Of a stretch of 64,000 nucleotides of DNA, positions 59,582 to 64,000 are shown one piece after another; position 1 is the first letter of the stretch, and each line of letters begins with the position of its first letter. The notes under the pieces were generated by a model. That model worked only from the letters and a program-made list of their open reading frames with translations, did no database searches and was not told the origin of the DNA. The DNA is from the human T2T-CHM13v2.0 reference genome, Homo sapiens. The DNA lies in NCBI RefSeq assembly GCF_009914755.1, contig NC_060926.1, one strand, 5' to 3'. The translations under genes were made by a program, and so were the position numbers.

Positions 59582-62484
59582 CACTATATTCATGTCCAAA
59601 GATCCTATTTAGATAAGTAACTTGCTTCTTATCACACCAATATTGTAAAGCCCTGATACAACCTAACAGACAGGTTGCAAGACTCACTCAGTTTGTGCAC
59701 ACATCCACAACTTGTGTTTTGCAGGTGCCTCAGTCGATGACCCCAACAGTGCCCCATCTTAGTAATGACAGTTATATGTTGAGTGCTTATTAAGTGCTAA
59801 GCATTAAATGATATCTTCTCAATAAAATTTACAAAAGCCTATGAAGTATTACTCCCATATTATAGATGACAATTTTGAGTTATGAATAGAGTGAAAAACC
59901 TTGCCCATGGTGACATAGCCAGTTAGTGGCAAGGCTGTGTTGGGTCTCCAGAGTCCAGGCTCTTAGGGTTCTCCATTCTACTCCAGCCTTCCTCAGAGAA
60001 CAGAATGGGAAATCAAAAGACATGTCCTGGGTATCTATAGAATATAGGAACTGGTAAAATAGCTACAGACCCAGGAAACTTACCTGGAATGTGTTGGGAA
60101 AGCCCATCCCCTGATCTCATGGCAACTAGCCAGGGAGGGCTTCCAAGGAAACCCTGTAACAATACCAGGTCAGGGAAAAGGTGAGTTGTGAGCGAGGGTA
60201 TGGGCCATGTCTAAGGAAAAGGATGGTGGCCAGCTTGGTTCTGCCACTTTAAAGGCATCCCTCTGGCTTTAGCCCAAGATAAGAGGACATTACAGTGGGT
60301 ATACTCATTCTGAGGATGTTTCCCAACTTGGCCCAACCAACCTACATTTCACTGCCATCCATTCCCATTCGGCTTTGAATCTTCTCATTTCTCCTTGACT
60401 TCTCAACCACTGTTCAGCCTGTCCAAGTAAAAGCCATTCTCTCCACTTTCAAAATCTCTTTTTCTAGAGTTTAATGTCTTCTATCAAAAGCTTGTTATCT
60501 CACTCATCTCTGAAAACCTTCTAGCCCAGGGCCTGACACATAGTACATTCCTTTCTACTCTCAGCAATGGCTCCCATTTTGCTTTGTAATAAGACCCCCC
60601 TAACACACATTTGTGAATTATCAATGAGGCAGCCCCAGTTGGGCAATCAGTCATCTCCATTCTCTTTGGAGCTCCAGAAAGCTCAGCCCGGATTCTTTGA
60701 ATTTCACCAACTTGGAGTCCTGCTGAATATAATTTTATTACAGATTTTTCCACAGTATTTTACAAGTCTAACTTTTTTCAGGCTGGTTACTTTTGGAGGC
60801 AGTGAGGAGGTAGAAATATTCAGCCTAACTCCGGCCTGTCTGTTGTTCCATCATTTGGAGACACATTCCCAAACCAGCTGATAATTTGGTGCTGAACAGT
60901 TATATTTGGCTCTGGAATGCCCTGAAAATGCTCCCTAGACCCAAGGGACACTAGGAGAAACAGCAAGGCGAGCTCATTTCAGTCCCTAACCTCCACTGTT
61001 TTTCCCACTACCTAATGTGAATGTCACTATGGGAATGTAAGCTCTGCTTCGGGCTTACATCAGCTTTGGAGGGTTCTAACACACCCTCCCGCTGCCTCCA
61101 TAAGACTAGGGATTATTTTTCTCTTCCTATTTGCCAGAAATAAATATTTATAACAAGAAAAGATTGCCAAGACTTGAAAAGTATTTGGATTATTTAATCC
61201 ACCCTTATAAAAAGGATTTTCTCTGATTGGTGTTTGAATTGGCTAATGAATTTCAACCCTGGTTTTATCCCAGATCCATGAGCCACCAAACTGCAGGGAA
61301 GAATTCTGGGAACTTTCTTCTTTGCCAGTCTGAAAAGGATTACATTGTCCCAAGGTCTAAACCTGTAAATATACACTTATGAGTGTATGGTTCCAGAGCA
61401 TGGCTTCATTCTAGTTGGCATGACCAGGGCCTCTCAAAAGACACCTGAACCTTTTCTTCAAGCTCTTCATCCCTAGACCCCTCTCCTGGAAGGCAAGCTC
61501 CTGTTGGTATCCAGCCTTGCCCATTGAAGATCTTGGCCATGTGCCTCCAGAGCTGTCAATATGAAGAGCCTCAGCTCCTGGTGTGCTTCCAGCTACATTA
61601 TAAGACTAGCTGGGCTTACACTGGGCAAGCTATTTCAACAAAACTTGGGTTTGAATTCCGGCTCTGACACTCACAAGTGGTGCAGCACTAACTCAATTAA
61701 CTAACCCTTCTGACTCTCAGTTTCTCAAAATGTAAATAATCTCTCTCTCAGAGGGTTGTAGAAGCATCAAATGAGATCGTGGGTATATGATGTTAGAAAA
61801 AATCAACATGCATGCACCTGTGTGTATAGATATGCATATGTGTATATGTGTGTGTATCTATACACACACACAAATTCACTAAAGCTTTTCATTTCCCTAT
61901 TAATTCCTGATGTCTACAAAGATGTTAATTTGGTAAAGTGATATCATTAAGCAATCAGGCATTTTGAACATTTTAATGTTTAATCCCTCTGATTTTAAAC
62001 CATACATCCATGTAGTCTATTTTAAAGGTGTGGAGGCCCATGTAATAAAGAAGAATAACATCTACTGAATGCTCAAGTGCTAAGTATCATGCTTTGTACT
62101 TGAATGCGATATTATTGACTCCCCACACAATGTCATCACCACTGTTTATAGATGGAGAATGTGTGTCCCTAGTCACACACTAGTAAGAAAAGGGCTCAGA
62201 TTTGAGTCGGTGTGATCTGAAATATCCTCTGCCCCTCTCTGTCCCCTCGGTATGCAGCTTGAGGGATGCCTAGCTCCCAAGTCTGGGGCGTTTAGCACTC
62301 TGAGATAATGATACTCATTGGCCCCCAAATCCTGATAAATCCCCAAATCCTTATCAAGCTTGTCAGACTCCTATAGACAGATGCCTTGGGTGAACCTATG
62401 TCATAGGTACACACAGAATTCTAAAATATCTTTGGTAATGGACAAAAGAAATTTATATTTCAAGATCATCTAAGAATTACATTT

Positions 62485-62822
62485 GGCTAGGCCCAGTGGC
62501 TCACACCTGTAATCCCAGCATTTTGGGAGGCTGAAGCAGGCAGATAGTTTGAGCCCAGGAGTTCCAGAGCTGCCTGGGCAACATAGGGGACCTTGTCTCT
62601 ACAAAAAAAAAAAAAAAATTTAATTAGCCAGGTGTGGCACTGCACTCCTGTGATGCAGTGACTAGGGTGGGGTGGGTGAGGGGGACAAGGTAGGGGGATC
62701 ACTTAAAGCACAGAAGATTGAGGCTGCAGTGAGCCGTGATTGCACCACTGCACGGCAGCCTGGGCAGCAGAGGGAGACCCTGTCTCAAAAGAAAATAACA
62801 AAAATTTAAACATAAAAATAAA
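62485..62822 (+). mobile_element. AluJ with a G-rich replaced segment in the right arm
   Basis: Dimeric Alu; 62650-62697 departs from the Alu consensus. Confidence 0.88.
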
Positions 62823-62899
62823 ATTTTCATTGAATGTCTGATTTCAAACTCCCACCCCTCCCTAATTTTCTCCCCAGTTGCAAACAAAAGCCAAGTGGG

Positions 62900-63720
62900 C
62901 CAGTCCGAGCTCCTGGCCTTCATTTTCCCTGCCCACCCGGTGCTAGTGAGCAGCGAAATGGCCACCTAGAGGGTGGACCAGCAGGGGCCTCGGCTGTCCT
63001 AGGAGTGGATCGCGGCCCCACATATGTCACGACACCACTGGCTTTGGCACACGCTGCAGCGAGGCTGGCACGGCCCTGGGGCCAAACGTGGCACGGCCGA
63101 GGTGCAGCAAGGAAGGCTTTGTGCCCTGCCTCCCAAATGGAGTTCCAGGAAGGAGTCAGATGACCTGAGTTATGGAAACCAAATGGCCCTCCTTTGTTTA
63201 GAGAGAGAGAGAAAAAAGTCACTCATTTTTGTGGTAAAATGAAAACAGGCTCCAAACCAAACAATCCTCTCGGAGCAGAAAATGCCAGCTCCACAGAGCA
63301 GGCCCACAGCCTGGGAGGCTGATACACTCGGATGGAGGAAGGTCTTCCACAGCCTCAGCGAAGCCTTTGCAGGCCTCCCAGTGAGATTTTCCTCTGTTTT
63401 GCTCCAGAAATATTTGGTCTCCCAAGCAGAAAAGGAAAAGGAAAGGAGGGGGAAAGTGAGAAATGTCTGCCTGGCCTGGGCCACACTCATCCTCTCACTC
63501 CTTTCCAGTTGGGATGGAGGAAGGAGAGAGGAGTTGTCCAGAGGCAGCCGGAAGTGAGGCCAGGCGCTAACCCAGGAGCAGGGCATGCCAGCCTGGAGTC
63601 TCCCTGGCTGTGGCGCTGCAGTGCGCTGCCTCGGATGCTCTCCTCGGCGTGACCCAGCTCTCCCCACAGAAGGCAGCCAGAGTCACATGGCCTCCTGTGG
63701 CTGCTCTGTGGCTGCCCCGT
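62900..63720. promoter_or_regulatory. GC/CpG-enriched non-repetitive intronic segment, candidate enhancer
   Basis: Local CpG density well above the rest of the window; ETS motif CCGGAAGT at 63548-63555 and ACGTG at 63086-63090. Motif evidence only. Confidence 0.35.
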
Positions 63721-64000
63721 GGCTCTGTGGGCTGGCTATGTGGACAGGAATCTGTACTCCCAGGTACTGCTGGTGCATGTGCAACAGGATAAGCCATGGC
63801 CACGAGGAAATAAATATAGGTTCGAGTCAGCCACGCCTGTCCCCAGTTCAGTTTATTCTCTAATACAAGCCTTTCCTGGAATGGAGAATCTCTTAGTGAG
63901 AAAAGAGTAATGCAGAGTTCATTTCTAGTCTTGGCTTTGCCTCTGGCTTGCGGTGCAACCTTAGCTCACTGTCATCCCGCTCAGCCTCCATTTTGCATCT

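Noticed and set aside
62958-62990. Two CTCF-like motifs
   Set aside because: Both mismatch highly constrained core positions; not supportable as sites from sequence alone.
62834-63910. Cluster of many overlapping ORFs at the window end
   Set aside because: Expected from locally high GC content. None matches the next ANTXR1 exon (NEKPFSVEDT...), which I did not find in this window.

Overview
Human-type (primate) genomic DNA from inside ANTXR1 (TEM8, anthrax toxin receptor 1), with the gene on the + strand. Seven coding exons (exons 4-10, residues ~99-268) encode most of the vWA/I-domain, including MIDAS residues T118 and D150, and the start of the Ig-like domain. All have canonical AG/GT boundaries and join in one frame. 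Read-through of the exon 10 donor gives a 30-aa alternative C-terminus with an intronic AATAAA, and the MIR3126 hairpin lies about 260 nt further on. The rest is intron rich in repeats: Alus, a near-full Tigger1, Tigger3a, MER3, MER5, MER20, an MLT1 LTR, old L1s, an L1PA 3' end, L2, MIR and CR1/L3. Nearly all entries in the ORF track are chance or repeat-derived. I found no convincing new gene or new biological system. The best leads are an exon 10 / intronic polyA / miRNA module, inverted Alus bracketing exons 8-9, a (GGAA)16 microsatellite, and several local templated duplications. Gene, exon-number and repeat-family calls are from recognition, not database searches. Repeat boundaries are approximate.
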